Shown: positions 18,206 to 27,529, numbered from the stretch's first letter. The stretch is DNA of 59,114 nt from a virus (IMGVR_UViG_3300042863_001365:1-59114); one strand, 5' to 3'. A program made the numbers and translations. The notes: generated by a model not told the origin, from the letters alone.

Positions 18206-19069
18206 ATGCGTATTAGTAGTATTATTTGCGAGGGATTAAGTAGTGTATTATATCATTCAACTGGGATATACACTGTATTGAATATATTGAGTAGCGATAG
18301 ATTTCGTTTAACTCCTGATCTTGGTTCTAGTGTTGAAGCTGGATTGCGTAGTTCTAATAAGAAAAAGATTTATTATATGAGTTTTGCTCGTAGTAAAATG
18401 GGCGAGTATCATAGTTCTATAAATGCATTATTAGTCCTAGATGGTTCAAAGTTATCTAATTTGTATAGTGGTGGTCCGGTTGATTATTGGGGCAGATCAT
18501 TTGACAAAGATGAAATGGAAGATCGGTTATATTCGACTAAGCCTTATATTAGTGATGCTACTCAATATATTCGTGCTGTTCATGTATATTATAATGCATC
18601 TAGTGATGATTATACCAATGCTAAAAAAGTTCGTGTATTGCGTAAGTGTTGGATATTATGCAAGCGTAATAACATTCCGATGTATGTTTACACTGATCCT
18701 GCTGCATATCGTTTATTAGATGTTCGCAAATCTGTTCCTGTATCATCATTAGTATATGATCGTAGTATTGTGTTAGACAAGCCTTATAGTGGCAGTATGC
18801 GAAATTATTATAGCGGATACAGTGAATTATTATCGGTTAATGATATTAGTAAATTAAGTCCTGATGCGGCAAAATTATTAGATAAAATTAAATATGATAA
18901 TTATTATGGTGACGTTAAACGTAGTTTATCTGCTGACATACATAATGATAAATCTAATGATCGCAATCGGGCTAATTTGGATAAATTTTTAGCGAAAGTA
19001 TTATCACTTAATTTGCATAGTGTTAGTGATATTTTGAAACATATTCGTGAAAAGTTTAAGTTAGATTAA
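18206..19069 (+). CDS. Putative ADP-ribosyltransferase-fold protein with MRISSIICE tag
   Basis: LYHST ... MSFARS ... LVLDG-KL ... EMEDR; TAAATA 18175-18180 and GGAG upstream. Confidence 0.55.
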   Translation: MRISSIICEGLSSVLYHSTGIYTVLNILSSDRFRLTPDLGSSVEAGLRSSNKKKIYYMSFARSKMGEYHSSINALLVLDGSKLSNLYSGGPVDYWGRSFDKDEMEDRLYSTKPYISDATQYIRAVHVYYNASSDDYTNAKKVRVLRKCWILCKRNNIPMYVYTDPAAYRLLDVRKSVPVSSLVYDRSIVLDKPYSGSMRNYYSGYSELLSVNDISKLSPDAAKLLDKIKYDNYYGDVKRSLSADIHNDKSNDRNRANLDKFLAKVLSLNLHSVSDILKHIREKFKLD

Positions 19070-19462
19070 TTTATCAATGTTTTGGATAATATCTGTATTA
19101 ATGATTACATATTCTGTATATCCGCGTGGGTCGTTTCCGCTGATAATATCGTATCCGCTGCTTAGATATTGATTAATTGTATCACTTGATAATCTTGTAA
19201 TATCGCCATCTTTTTTTATAATTTTTGCATTTGGATTTATGAATATTTTATACACTGATCCAGTAGGTGTTGCGTATTTTTTTGCTTGATTTATATCGTT
19301 TGGATGTGTTGTATAGAAGCCGCCGTATATTCTGCCTTTTTTATTTTGTTTTGCATTTGGATTGAATACTTGTATTTGATTTTGTGTTAGATTATTATTC
19401 GGGTCTCCGTGCAGCAAATATTGTAAATTATTATTTTCTGTGATGATTTGATTTATTTTCAT
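19061..19462 (-). CDS. Putative ADP-ribosyltransferase-fold protein with MKINQIITE tag
   Basis: LLHG ... GGFYTT ... AKKYA..GSVY ... GYD ... EYVI, the pattern of small phage ART-like domains. Confidence 0.6.
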   Translation of the reverse strand: MKINQIITENNNLQYLLHGDPNNNLTQNQIQVFNPNAKQNKKGRIYGGFYTTHPNDINQAKKYATPTGSVYKIFINPNAKIIKKDGDITRLSSDTINQYLSSGYDIISGNDPRGYTEYVIINTDIIQNIDKLI

Positions 19463-19713
19463 TGTGTAATTATCCATGTATCAGGAATTTGGTTATATTT
19501 GGCAACCCACATATTGTGCATTTGTTTTGGTGTTAAACTATGAGATTTAGCAACAGTAGTCATCATGGTATCAATTAATTTATATAATTTATCACTATTG
19601 TTTTTATTTTTTTGTAATTCTGATTTGTTTGATAACAATGCTGCCTTAAGTTCTTCTACGGCTTGGGCATCTTTATTATGATCCATATTTTCAATTAATT
19701 GACTGTAACGCAT
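19459..19713 (-). CDS. Small protein with MRYSQLIE tag
   Basis: ATAAATA and AAGGA upstream. Confidence 0.7.
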   Translation of the reverse strand: MRYSQLIENMDHNKDAQAVEELKAALLSNKSELQKNKNNSDKLYKLIDTMMTTVAKSHSLTPKQMHNMWVAKYNQIPDTWIITQ

Positions 19714-19857
19714 GTGTATAATCCTTTTAGCATATTTATTATGGTTATGGAATTTTTGCGATTAAATGTTATCAGAGATAATGCTGTTGACACTTGAATA
19801 GCGTTATGCTAATGTGTTATTGTATAGCCTTGTAATGATCTGTGGGGAGAGTATAAC

Positions 19858-20193
19858 ATGTATAATATACGACAGGCAGCAAAGTATAGTGGACATTGTA
19901 TTGAATTTTTAAGTAAGAGAAAGTTCAATCATATTCATCGTTGTAATATTAAATCACATTATATTGAAGTTTTTATTAGTGATGATATAAAGTATTTGAT
20001 TCGAATCAGTAATCATGCAAATTTAACGGTATTATCGGATAAGCTTGTTCCGAATTTTAATATTGTGAACAGTGCTGATTTCTATAGTATGAAAAAGTAT
20101 TTTAAGCGTGTTTATGGTTATGGTGATAATAATATAATTTATAGGAAAGATAGGCAAAGTAATGATAGTACCAGAGAAACGATCAACATTTAG
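19858..20193 (+). CDS. Hypothetical protein
   Basis: TTGACA upstream; GGAG RBS; SHY...IRISNH motif. Confidence 0.65.
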   Translation: MYNIRQAAKYSGHCIEFLSKRKFNHIHRCNIKSHYIEVFISDDIKYLIRISNHANLTVLSDKLVPNFNIVNSADFYSMKKYFKRVYGYGDNNIIYRKDRQSNDSTRETINI

Positions 20194-20449
20194 TCATGCA
20201 TGGCGTGGATTGTTTAATCTGCCGCATGTAGGACCACATCCGGGTATATTTTGGGTTATATTTATTATATTTTTGACAGGATTAGCTGGTATTATTCGTG
20301 GTGGTATTATTGGTTTTATTGGTGCAATTATGCTTGGGTGTTTAATTTATATTCCAATGTTGATAATTGGAAGTATTGATCGCAGTAAAACAAGTGATCG
20401 CATTGAGCGTAGGCGTTATGAGCGATTTGAAGGGGCATTGTTTGAATGA
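20162..20449 (+). CDS. Small membrane protein
   Basis: Two Gly/Ile-rich hydrophobic segments. Confidence 0.65.
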   Translation: MIVPEKRSTFSHAWRGLFNLPHVGPHPGIFWVIFIIFLTGLAGIIRGGIIGFIGAIMLGCLIYIPMLIIGSIDRSKTSDRIERRRYERFEGALFE

Positions 20450-20754
20450 TGAGTAGTAAATTTATTATCAAAGAATATAGTATTGTTCTTTATCCTAAGA
20501 CTAATAACTTTAATAATATAAAAAATGCAGTTGATTATAGTAAATTTTTGTTAGAGCGTGAACTGTATATTATTGATTTGCGTAGTGTATTGTGTGAATG
20601 CGGATTTGAGCATATATCAACTACGCTGAGTGATTTATATTATCGTGGCACCGATAGTGCGGTTGCACTATTTTGGTTAACTTATAGTAGTCCGTTATTA
20701 GATCACATGGAAATACAGTTTGAATCATTCTTGCGTAGCTATAATGTAAAATAA
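20446..20754 (+). CDS. Mini-protein family A member (divergent)
   Basis: CGF...GTDSAVALFWLTY. Confidence 0.55.
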   Translation: MMSSKFIIKEYSIVLYPKTNNFNNIKNAVDYSKFLLERELYIIDLRSVLCECGFEHISTTLSDLYYRGTDSAVALFWLTYSSPLLDHMEIQFESFLRSYNVK

Positions 20755-20784
20755 AAAAGGGGGAAATTAATCCCCCTTTCTTTT
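20753..20784. terminator. Bidirectional intrinsic terminator between convergent genes
   Basis: AAAAAAGGGGGA-AATTAA-TCCCCCTTTCTTTT. Confidence 0.75.
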
Positions 20785-21242
20785 TATCCATAGATTGCTT
20801 GTTTCCAACGTTGGGCACCACGCCATTGTTCTTTTGGAATGGTGTCGATGATTTTATCAACGATTGGATCAAGTTCTTGTTTCATGTATTGGCGGCGGCA
20901 TTCGCTGTTATTCATCATGGCAATACGATCAGGAGTCAGATTTGCCACATAATCTTTATCATTTTGTGTTTCACAACTCCACACAAATTTGTCGGTGCGA
21001 TGAGCATAGTCGGTTTTGTTGACATAAAAATCTGCCCCAACAGGCATACAATGATGCTGCGAATGTGGGCTAACAATAAATGCAACCATCCGCCACACAT
21101 ATGCAGCAGGACCATCAGCAGGCTTGCTAGCACGAAGTCGGTTCACGCCGCCACGTTTTGCGACGACTTTTGAAACAATGTCCATATCGTTGACCGACAA
21201 GACTGTTTTCAAGATTTCAAGGTTGACAGCAGGCATTTCCAT
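20784..21242 (-). CDS. Hypothetical protein, paralog of 6951..7454
   Basis: KPADGPAAYVWRMV...YAHRTDK...ELDPIVDKI; GANTC-containing promoter upstream. Confidence 0.75.
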   Translation of the reverse strand: MEMPAVNLEILKTVLSVNDMDIVSKVVAKRGGVNRLRASKPADGPAAYVWRMVAFIVSPHSQHHCMPVGADFYVNKTDYAHRTDKFVWSCETQNDKDYVANLTPDRIAMMNNSECRRQYMKQELDPIVDKIIDTIPKEQWRGAQRWKQAIYG

Positions 21243-21287
21243 CGCACGATATTCCTTTGTGACGTGTGATCCTATATATGCTTCATA

Positions 21288-21686
21288 TCAGTGATTCGCT
21301 GGCAGGTCAAGTGGCCTATGCCAGTTTGCCACATAATTTTTCAATATGACATTTCCGTATGTTTTGTCGTAATATGGTTGTCTATGAAATTCTGGTAAAA
21401 GTATATCACCTTCTTTGAAATCTTTTCCAAACCGATCACAATCATAATTTAATATAAAACTATGAACAATAGGTATTCGGAATAGTTTATTCAGTGTAAT
21501 AATTTTTGTATATTTTTTGGATGATGTTCTGTCTATTTTTAATGATTTTTCAAACCGCTGTTTCATTCTTTCCAGATTGGCAGTAGGTAAGTGATCAACC
21601 GGAGTATTTTCAATATAATTATAAAAATCTTTTTTAATGTATTCTACATAATCTTTAATATAATATGATATATGTTTGTCGTTCAT
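21288..21686 (-). CDS. Hypothetical protein, paralog of 8645..8983
   Basis: KKYTKII...HSFI...FKEGDILLP...GNV. Confidence 0.65.
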   Translation of the reverse strand: MNDKHISYYIKDYVEYIKKDFYNYIENTPVDHLPTANLERMKQRFEKSLKIDRTSSKKYTKIITLNKLFRIPIVHSFILNYDCDRFGKDFKEGDILLPEFHRQPYYDKTYGNVILKNYVANWHRPLDLPANH

Positions 21687-21688
21687 TA

Positions 21689-22090
21689 TTATTCCCAAAA
21701 TTGAATACTTGCAAAGAAGTCTGCTTCACTATATAGCTGATTCAATTCTTTGTCACCTTCATTTATACTTTCTCTTATGACATTTACTGTTACACGGTTG
21801 TTTGTATCTGCATGTATCCTGACATACCCATAACGAGCAATAAGAACACCACCAACCACATTTTTGTTGGGATATTCTATATCAATGTGAGCCATTTGTG
21901 GTTTTTTCAAATTAATGACTCGTAGTAACTTGTCAGCATCTTTTATTGGTTTTTTAGTATATGGTTTGCCTACGCTGTTGTTTATTATTCGCGTAACTGT
22001 ATATCCTTTATCAAATATCAATTTGAAAAAAGCTATTGTTTTTGGATCAATAGCGTATGAGTTCTTTGAATATTTATTTTTATATGCCAT
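21689..22090 (-). CDS. Family B hypothetical protein
   Basis: GGAG RBS; C-terminal LYSEADFFASI. Confidence 0.65.
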   Translation of the reverse strand: MAYKNKYSKNSYAIDPKTIAFFKLIFDKGYTVTRIINNSVGKPYTKKPIKDADKLLRVINLKKPQMAHIDIEYPNKNVVGGVLIARYGYVRIHADTNNRVTVNVIRESINEGDKELNQLYSEADFFASIQFWE

Positions 22091-22150
22091 TATATTCTCC
22101 ATTATTATTTTAATAGATTAAAGCGGGGATTGCTCCCCGCTTTGTGTGGA

Positions 22151-22720
22151 TCATTCTGTATACACAGAAACATCTTCATTTTCAAAGAAACTGAAAATGC
22201 TAATGTCTGCCATATCCCAGACATAATGACGTTTATAGTAGTCATCTTTAATTTTGTTGATGAAGTTATGAGTTACCGCAGGAAAAATAACATCACTAAA
22301 GAAATAGCGGCGAGAACCATGCCCGCTAGTGATCCAATCATATTCGCGGGCCAGTTCGCCACGATATGCAATGTCTTTCCCAAAGGTGGGAAAAGCACGA
22401 TCATTCACCAGAAACCAGATATGCCCGCCACGGTCATACCAAATATGAAAGTAAAATTCATCTTCACGATTTTCTTCATAGGTGAGCGGATTGCCATCAT
22501 CATCCATGTCTTCGACCATAACAAATTCGTTATAGGTAAGACTGATCCGAACCTGATGGTGAAGAATTTTGTGGACGGAAGCGTTTTCTGTTGCAAAATT
22601 GAAGTGATGCCGAGAATTATAAAAATCCTCAATTACTTTCAAGACTTGCTTGAGATCATGTAGTGCAAGATTTTGCTCTGGTGTTGCATTATCCAGATGA
22701 GTAACATGAAGACGACCCAT
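22151..22720 (-). CDS. Hypothetical protein
   Basis: GGAG RBS; followed by the AAGCGGGGA/TCCCCGCTT hairpin at about 22121-22143. Confidence 0.7.
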   Translation of the reverse strand: MGRLHVTHLDNATPEQNLALHDLKQVLKVIEDFYNSRHHFNFATENASVHKILHHQVRISLTYNEFVMVEDMDDDGNPLTYEENREDEFYFHIWYDRGGHIWFLVNDRAFPTFGKDIAYRGELAREYDWITSGHGSRRYFFSDVIFPAVTHNFINKIKDDYYKRHYVWDMADISIFSFFENEDVSVYTE

Positions 22721-22769
22721 AGTGATTCTCCAACTGTTGCGAGTATAATCATAAATTACACCAACTAGA

Positions 22770-23147
22770 TCACTGTGTCAATCCATTATTTTCAACATCA
22801 TATAGTTCAATATTAAGTAAGAACTCTGCCTCGCAAAATAATTCTAATGCATCTGTTCGTGCATCGGCTGGAATCTGGTGTGGCGTATATGCAACACAAT
22901 CGGGTTCAAATGAATAGATAAATTCAAATTTTCTATAATGAACTCCACAACAAAATTTAATTATACCAGATTTGAATTTATTAGTTGAACCAATAAATGT
23001 ATTAAAATTATCTAGTGTTACTTTATGGTTTATTGTGGTAGACTTATATATTGTATTAATAATAACAGCATTTTTTACTGATTTATTCAAGAATAATTTA
23101 ACCATCGCCCACATTTGTCGTTGTATTGGTTCAACTTGATTATTCAT
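22770..23147 (-). CDS. Family B hypothetical protein
   Basis: C-terminal LFCEAEFLLNI. Confidence 0.65.
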   Translation of the reverse strand: MNNQVEPIQRQMWAMVKLFLNKSVKNAVIINTIYKSTTINHKVTLDNFNTFIGSTNKFKSGIIKFCCGVHYRKFEFIYSFEPDCVAYTPHQIPADARTDALELFCEAEFLLNIELYDVENNGLTQ

Positions 23148-23149
23148 AT

Positions 23150-23452
23150 TTAATATCCAATATCTGTAAGAAATTGTGCTTCTGTAAGTAATTCCGCACC
23201 TTTGTAAGGTTTAATAGTATTTTTAGAAATATCATATTCATAATATCCAACACGGGTTTTTTTATCAGGCTCAATTAAAAAAACAATTGAATGGGAATAT
23301 GATTTGTAATTTTCACGAATATATTGATAGTCGGTTGTTTCTTCGATTTGCATACGATAATTTCTTCCTGATCTGAACTCAATAGCGTATTGTTTATCTA
23401 CTGCGAGCCGCAATAGATTTTTCAATACTTTTTGTGTATTATTTTGTGCCAT
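23150..23452 (-). CDS. Family B hypothetical protein
   Basis: C-terminal LLTEAQFLTDIGY. Confidence 0.65.
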   Translation of the reverse strand: MAQNNTQKVLKNLLRLAVDKQYAIEFRSGRNYRMQIEETTDYQYIRENYKSYSHSIVFLIEPDKKTRVGYYEYDISKNTIKPYKGAELLTEAQFLTDIGY

Positions 23453-23798
23453 TTTCAAAAAATCCTATATTTTTGAAAAATAAAACTTCTTTATGTAATA
23501 ATTCCATTTTATCTTTTAAGTATGGATATGCGGTATTTGTGACCGGACGTACAGTAAATTCAGTACGCGACACACGATAATCAAATGCGACTGATCCTAT
23601 ACAATCTACTCTATTATAATAAATGCAAAATGATCCTGCCACACAATCGTTGATCATCTTTTTCATTAATTTAATATTTTCGGTGTATCGTTCTTTATTG
23701 GTAATGCTATTGACTACACTAACCCCATAGCGTTCACGTTTACACAATTCTGCATAGACATACAGCATTTTACGCACATCATTGAGTTGCATCAGCAA
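23439..23798 (-). CDS. Family B hypothetical protein
   Basis: C-terminal LHKEVLFFKNIGF. Confidence 0.65.
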   Translation of the reverse strand: MLMQLNDVRKMLYVYAELCKRERYGVSVVNSITNKERYTENIKLMKKMINDCVAGSFCIYYNRVDCIGSVAFDYRVSRTEFTVRPVTNTAYPYLKDKMELLHKEVLFFKNIGFFENGTK

Positions 23799-24141
23799 GC
23801 ATCCCCATATTATCCAAGTTTTCTATTTCTTCAAAAACTAAAAGTAATTCTTGATTAAATTCAATGATTGTATAATTTCCATCAATATGTTCGCCATAAT
23901 TAATTTCAGAACTTACATATTCTAGAATACCAATTTTATTAAATGGTATTCTTGGATTATAGATATTAATTGTGCAATATTCAATTGTATTCAAAATTTC
24001 AAATAAATCTTGATACGATATATCATACGAGAATAAAATTTGTTTATTATGGTTATTATTTTCTATTACTTCGATTATATATTTCTTTTGAATCAAAATA
24101 TAAACATACTTTTCAAAATGTTGATTATTATTCGTTGGCAT
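23779..24141 (-). CDS. Family B hypothetical protein (divergent)
   Basis: C-terminal VFEEIENLDNMGM; tandem with the other members. Confidence 0.55.
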   Translation of the reverse strand: MPTNNNQHFEKYVYILIQKKYIIEVIENNNHNKQILFSYDISYQDLFEILNTIEYCTINIYNPRIPFNKIGILEYVSSEINYGEHIDGNYTIIEFNQELLLVFEEIENLDNMGMLADATQ

Positions 24142-24331
24142 AATTCCACCCAGTATCTAAACCACTAAACCACCAGCCTGTTTCGCCTTCTAATAGTTTT
24201 TTTGCAGCAATACTATCAGTTAAAATACTTTCGGTATAAATGAGCATATCCCGCTCGAATTGATCGGCGGGAATATAATATACCATTTTATCAGCAGTTA
24301 TGAACCGCTTGTATAAATCTTTATCCATCAT
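24128..24331 (-). CDS. Small hypothetical protein
   Basis: Co-oriented and overlaps the next gene. Confidence 0.55.
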   Translation of the reverse strand: MMDKDLYKRFITADKMVYYIPADQFERDMLIYTESILTDSIAAKKLLEGETGWWFSGLDTGWNYANE

Positions 24332-24423
24332 TTAATCCATTCCAACTTGTAACGATAGCAATATAGTCGGTTGCCTTGCATGATATTACATCACACAAGG
24401 CATTATGTCAACACATCAAATGA

Positions 24424-24714
24424 TCAGACTGGATCACCTTTTGCTTCATTTTGAATTTCTTCAATTTCTGTTGGAAGTTCAACACAGGTATAAAATACCT
24501 TTACCGAATCTTGTCCAGTAGATTGCAGAATGTCAACCAATAATTGACCGCCGTTATGACAATTTTTTTCCATTTCTGCAAGAGTATTGCCTTTTCCATT
24601 AGCCATAACACCAGACTGAATCACATCACCGGGAATATACTTTTCCCCTTCCCAGTCTGGTGGCGAATATGCAAGAGCAATAATTGTAATATAAACAAAC
24701 CAGCCAGTTTCCAT
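24424..24714 (-). CDS. Small secreted or membrane-anchored protein
   Basis: Hydrophobic N-terminus, two Cys, AAGGA RBS. Confidence 0.6.
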   Translation of the reverse strand: METGWFVYITIIALAYSPPDWEGEKYIPGDVIQSGVMANGKGNTLAEMEKNCHNGGQLLVDILQSTGQDSVKVFYTCVELPTEIEEIQNEAKGDPV

Positions 24715-24766
24715 TTTTGTTTTCCTTTTGTTGTGTTAAGTTAATACAGAACTACATCTGTATTAA

Positions 24767-25783
24767 CTATCTTGCCTTTATCAAAATATTGATGAACTGC
24801 TCGTAGCAATTCTCCCACGTCCATTTTCTTGATTTGTCATATATCACTTCTCGATCTAAGTAAAGACATTTGTTGACAGCCTCTGTCAAATCTTCCGACA
24901 TATAACCAGTGATTCCGTTTTCAATAATGTCTTTTGGTCCTGTTACTGGATATGCAGCAACAGGTGTTCCACAAGCAAGTGCTTCTATATTGACTACGCC
25001 GAAAGTGTCAGCCTTTGATGGAAAAACAAATACAGTTGCTTTCCTGTAGTAATCACCAAGCTCTTTTCCAGTTTTCTTACCGACAAATAAAACATCTGGA
25101 TATCTCTTTTTGAGTGTTTCAAGATACGGTCCATCACCCACAAGTACTTTTTTAGCATTAGGAATATAAATTGAGCAAAAATCATCAAGACCCTTTTCCT
25201 GACTTACTCTGCTTACGCATAGAAGCGTAATATTCTGATCAATATTTGTGCTGGTATTTGATGGATAGAAAATATCTCGGTCAACGCCACGAGTCCATGA
25301 TCTGATGTCTTGTGTAAAACCCTTATCTTTTAATTCCTGAACCATGCTATCAGTAGTTGTAAGAATAACAGAAGACCCCTGATATAATTTTCGTATTAAC
25401 TTCCATCCAAGATCAACAGGAATAAATGACCACTTAGCATTGATAAATTCGGGAAACTTTGTATGACACGATGTTGAAAACGGAATTCCTAATCTTATAC
25501 AAGTTCTAATAAAAGATATTCCAAGTGTGCCTTCTGGTGTTGCAATATGTATATGATCCCACTTTTGTTTTTTGAGAAGTTTTCGTATATGAAACGGATT
25601 TGGTAAACCAATTTCAATTTCTGGATAGAACCAAAGCGAAAATCTTATCTTGCAACGGCGAGGATGATAGACATGAATTGTATCACCATTTTTCCTTGCT
25701 TGATAAACTAAGTTGGAAAGGGTAGTTACAACTCCGTTTACTTGTGGATGCCAAGCATCAGTAATCAGTAGTATCTTGCTCAT
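24767..25783 (-). CDS. GT4-family glycosyltransferase (Agt-like glycolipid synthase)
   Basis: TDAWHPQVNGVV; HIATPEG; VSRVSQEKG; FVFPSKADTFGVVNIEALACGTPVAAYPV (EX7E motif). Confidence 0.9.
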   Translation of the reverse strand: MSKILLITDAWHPQVNGVVTTLSNLVYQARKNGDTIHVYHPRRCKIRFSLWFYPEIEIGLPNPFHIRKLLKKQKWDHIHIATPEGTLGISFIRTCIRLGIPFSTSCHTKFPEFINAKWSFIPVDLGWKLIRKLYQGSSVILTTTDSMVQELKDKGFTQDIRSWTRGVDRDIFYPSNTSTNIDQNITLLCVSRVSQEKGLDDFCSIYIPNAKKVLVGDGPYLETLKKRYPDVLFVGKKTGKELGDYYRKATVFVFPSKADTFGVVNIEALACGTPVAAYPVTGPKDIIENGITGYMSEDLTEAVNKCLYLDREVIYDKSRKWTWENCYEQFINILIKAR

Positions 25784-26522
25784 ATTTTTCCATTCTATAT
25801 TCTAGTACTTCAAAGCTTCCATCTATATGTTCAAGTAGTGCTGTTCCAGATTCAACCCAATCTCCACAATTCATATATTCTATTCCATTGATGTCTTTTA
25901 TAGCTGCGACATGAATATGACCACATATAATTCCATCGTATTTTTCTTCAATGCAGTATTCGGAAAGTTTAACTTCAAAGTTATTGATGAAGTTCAACGC
26001 TTCTTTGGTATTCTGTTTAAGCCACTTACTAAGGCTCCAATATTCCATACCTAACATATTACGAACTTTATTAAAGTGAATGTTAACCCAAATCATAAAG
26101 TTGTATGCAACATCTCCTATGTGCATCAACCATTTATTATCAAGCATCAGCGAATCGAAGAAGTCTCCGTGTATGATTAGATATCTTTTTTCGTTTATTG
26201 CTTTATAGTCAATTCGATCAAGAAGTTGTATGTTTCCTATTTCAATGTCAAATTGAAGAAATTTACGAAATGCTTCGTCGTGGTTGCCAAGTATATAATA
26301 TACCTTCGTACCTCTTTTTGCAGCAGTCAATATACGTCTTATAACATTTGCATGACTTTGTGGGAAAAACCATCTTTTTCTTAGTTGCCATCCGTCTATA
26401 ACGTCACCAACAAGGAAAAGATTTTCGCATGTATTTGTCTTTAAAAAGGAACAGAGGGAATCTGCTTGACACCCTCTGGACCCTAAGTGTATATCGGAAA
26501 TGAAAATACTATTATAATGCAA
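25758..26522 (-). CDS. Metallophosphoesterase of the LpxH/PlcP family (PlcP-like phospholipase C)
   Basis: FISDIHLG, GDVIDGW, GNHD, HGD, CGHIH, NCGDWVES-TAL; TTG start after GAGG; overlaps the GT4 gene. Confidence 0.85.
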   Translation of the reverse strand: MHYNSIFISDIHLGSRGCQADSLCSFLKTNTCENLFLVGDVIDGWQLRKRWFFPQSHANVIRRILTAAKRGTKVYYILGNHDEAFRKFLQFDIEIGNIQLLDRIDYKAINEKRYLIIHGDFFDSLMLDNKWLMHIGDVAYNFMIWVNIHFNKVRNMLGMEYWSLSKWLKQNTKEALNFINNFEVKLSEYCIEEKYDGIICGHIHVAAIKDINGIEYMNCGDWVESGTALLEHIDGSFEVLEYRMEKYEQDTTDY

Positions 26523-26685
26523 GATATTACCTCTTGTTTTTACTCACTTGATATTTATATAGTTACACGACAGAATCCAATAGACAATGGAATCATAGAC
26601 CAATATTAAGAAGAACGCAACACATTGCGTTTCGTGCATAGATAATTAATCCATGCACGATACAGGTCGCCATTTTTTCATTTTA

Positions 26686-27249
26686 TCAACACGGTTCAAG
26701 TTCCTTACCATATTTTTCAGTCAATTCCGCACGACATTCAGCAGAAATTGATCGGGTCAATGTATGCATCCATTGTGAAAAACTGTATTGATTTCCTTTT
26801 GAATCTTTCCATCCATTCTTTTCAAATTCTTCTGCACGTTTGCGATAACGCCGCTCTCTTGCCAACCGCTGCGATTCTCGCACACTCAGCTTTGTTCCTT
26901 CTGGATTTCCCTTGCCAGACATAAACACATCAATATCGGTGACGCCACGCCGTGTATTGCACCGCTCACAGGCCATTGCAAGGTTTTCCATATCATCGCT
27001 ACCGCCTTTTGAACGGGGAATAATATGTTCAACTGTTGCACTATTTGATTTGCCGCGAAGATGTGTAGCATCACAGCCACACCAACAACAATGCCAATTT
27101 TGTGCTTCTGCAAGTCGCGTCCGCACATAAATGCGAACAGACAATTCATATTTCAATTCACTATATTTTGGATTACGATACTTTTTCCAAAATGGATCAT
27201 CCAATGCTGGCGGCATTTCGTGGATGATAAGAGGAAGATTGATTTGCAT
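26686..27249 (-). CDS. HNH endonuclease
   Basis: CCWC...[28 protein letters not shown]; GGAG RBS before MQINLP. Confidence 0.9.
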   Translation of the reverse strand: MQINLPLIIHEMPPALDDPFWKKYRNPKYSELKYELSVRIYVRTRLAEAQNWHCCWCGCDATHLRGKSNSATVEHIIPRSKGGSDDMENLAMACERCNTRRGVTDIDVFMSGKGNPEGTKLSVRESQRLARERRYRKRAEEFEKNGWKDSKGNQYSFSQWMHTLTRSISAECRAELTEKYGKELEPC

Positions 27250-27250
27250 T

Positions 27251-27529
27251 TTACATGCTCCAATATGTTTCAGAAGCAGGCGACATATAGATGGGAGTAT
27301 TGACAGGTTCTTGATAGTCAAGCCCACTCATCAGATTTTTGCGAGTAACTTTCTTTTCCACATTGGCATAGAAATTGGTCGCATCAGTGATGGAATAGTC
27401 ATCCACATTGATAGCAATTTTTTTGCTATACCGTGTGAGTGCCGCCTTTGCTGCACCTTTGGTAGCATAGGTCTGGCTGTTACGTTCCAGCAAGATCGTG
27501 GTATCGGTGTTGTAAACTACAAAAGCCAT
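27251..27529 (-). CDS. Phage hypothetical protein
   Basis: [13 protein letters not shown]...RKNLMSG...[14 protein letters not shown]; AAGGA RBS. Confidence 0.7.
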   Translation of the reverse strand: MAFVVYNTDTTILLERNSQTYATKGAAKAALTRYSKKIAINVDDYSITDATNFYANVEKKVTRKNLMSGLDYQEPVNTPIYMSPASETYWSM

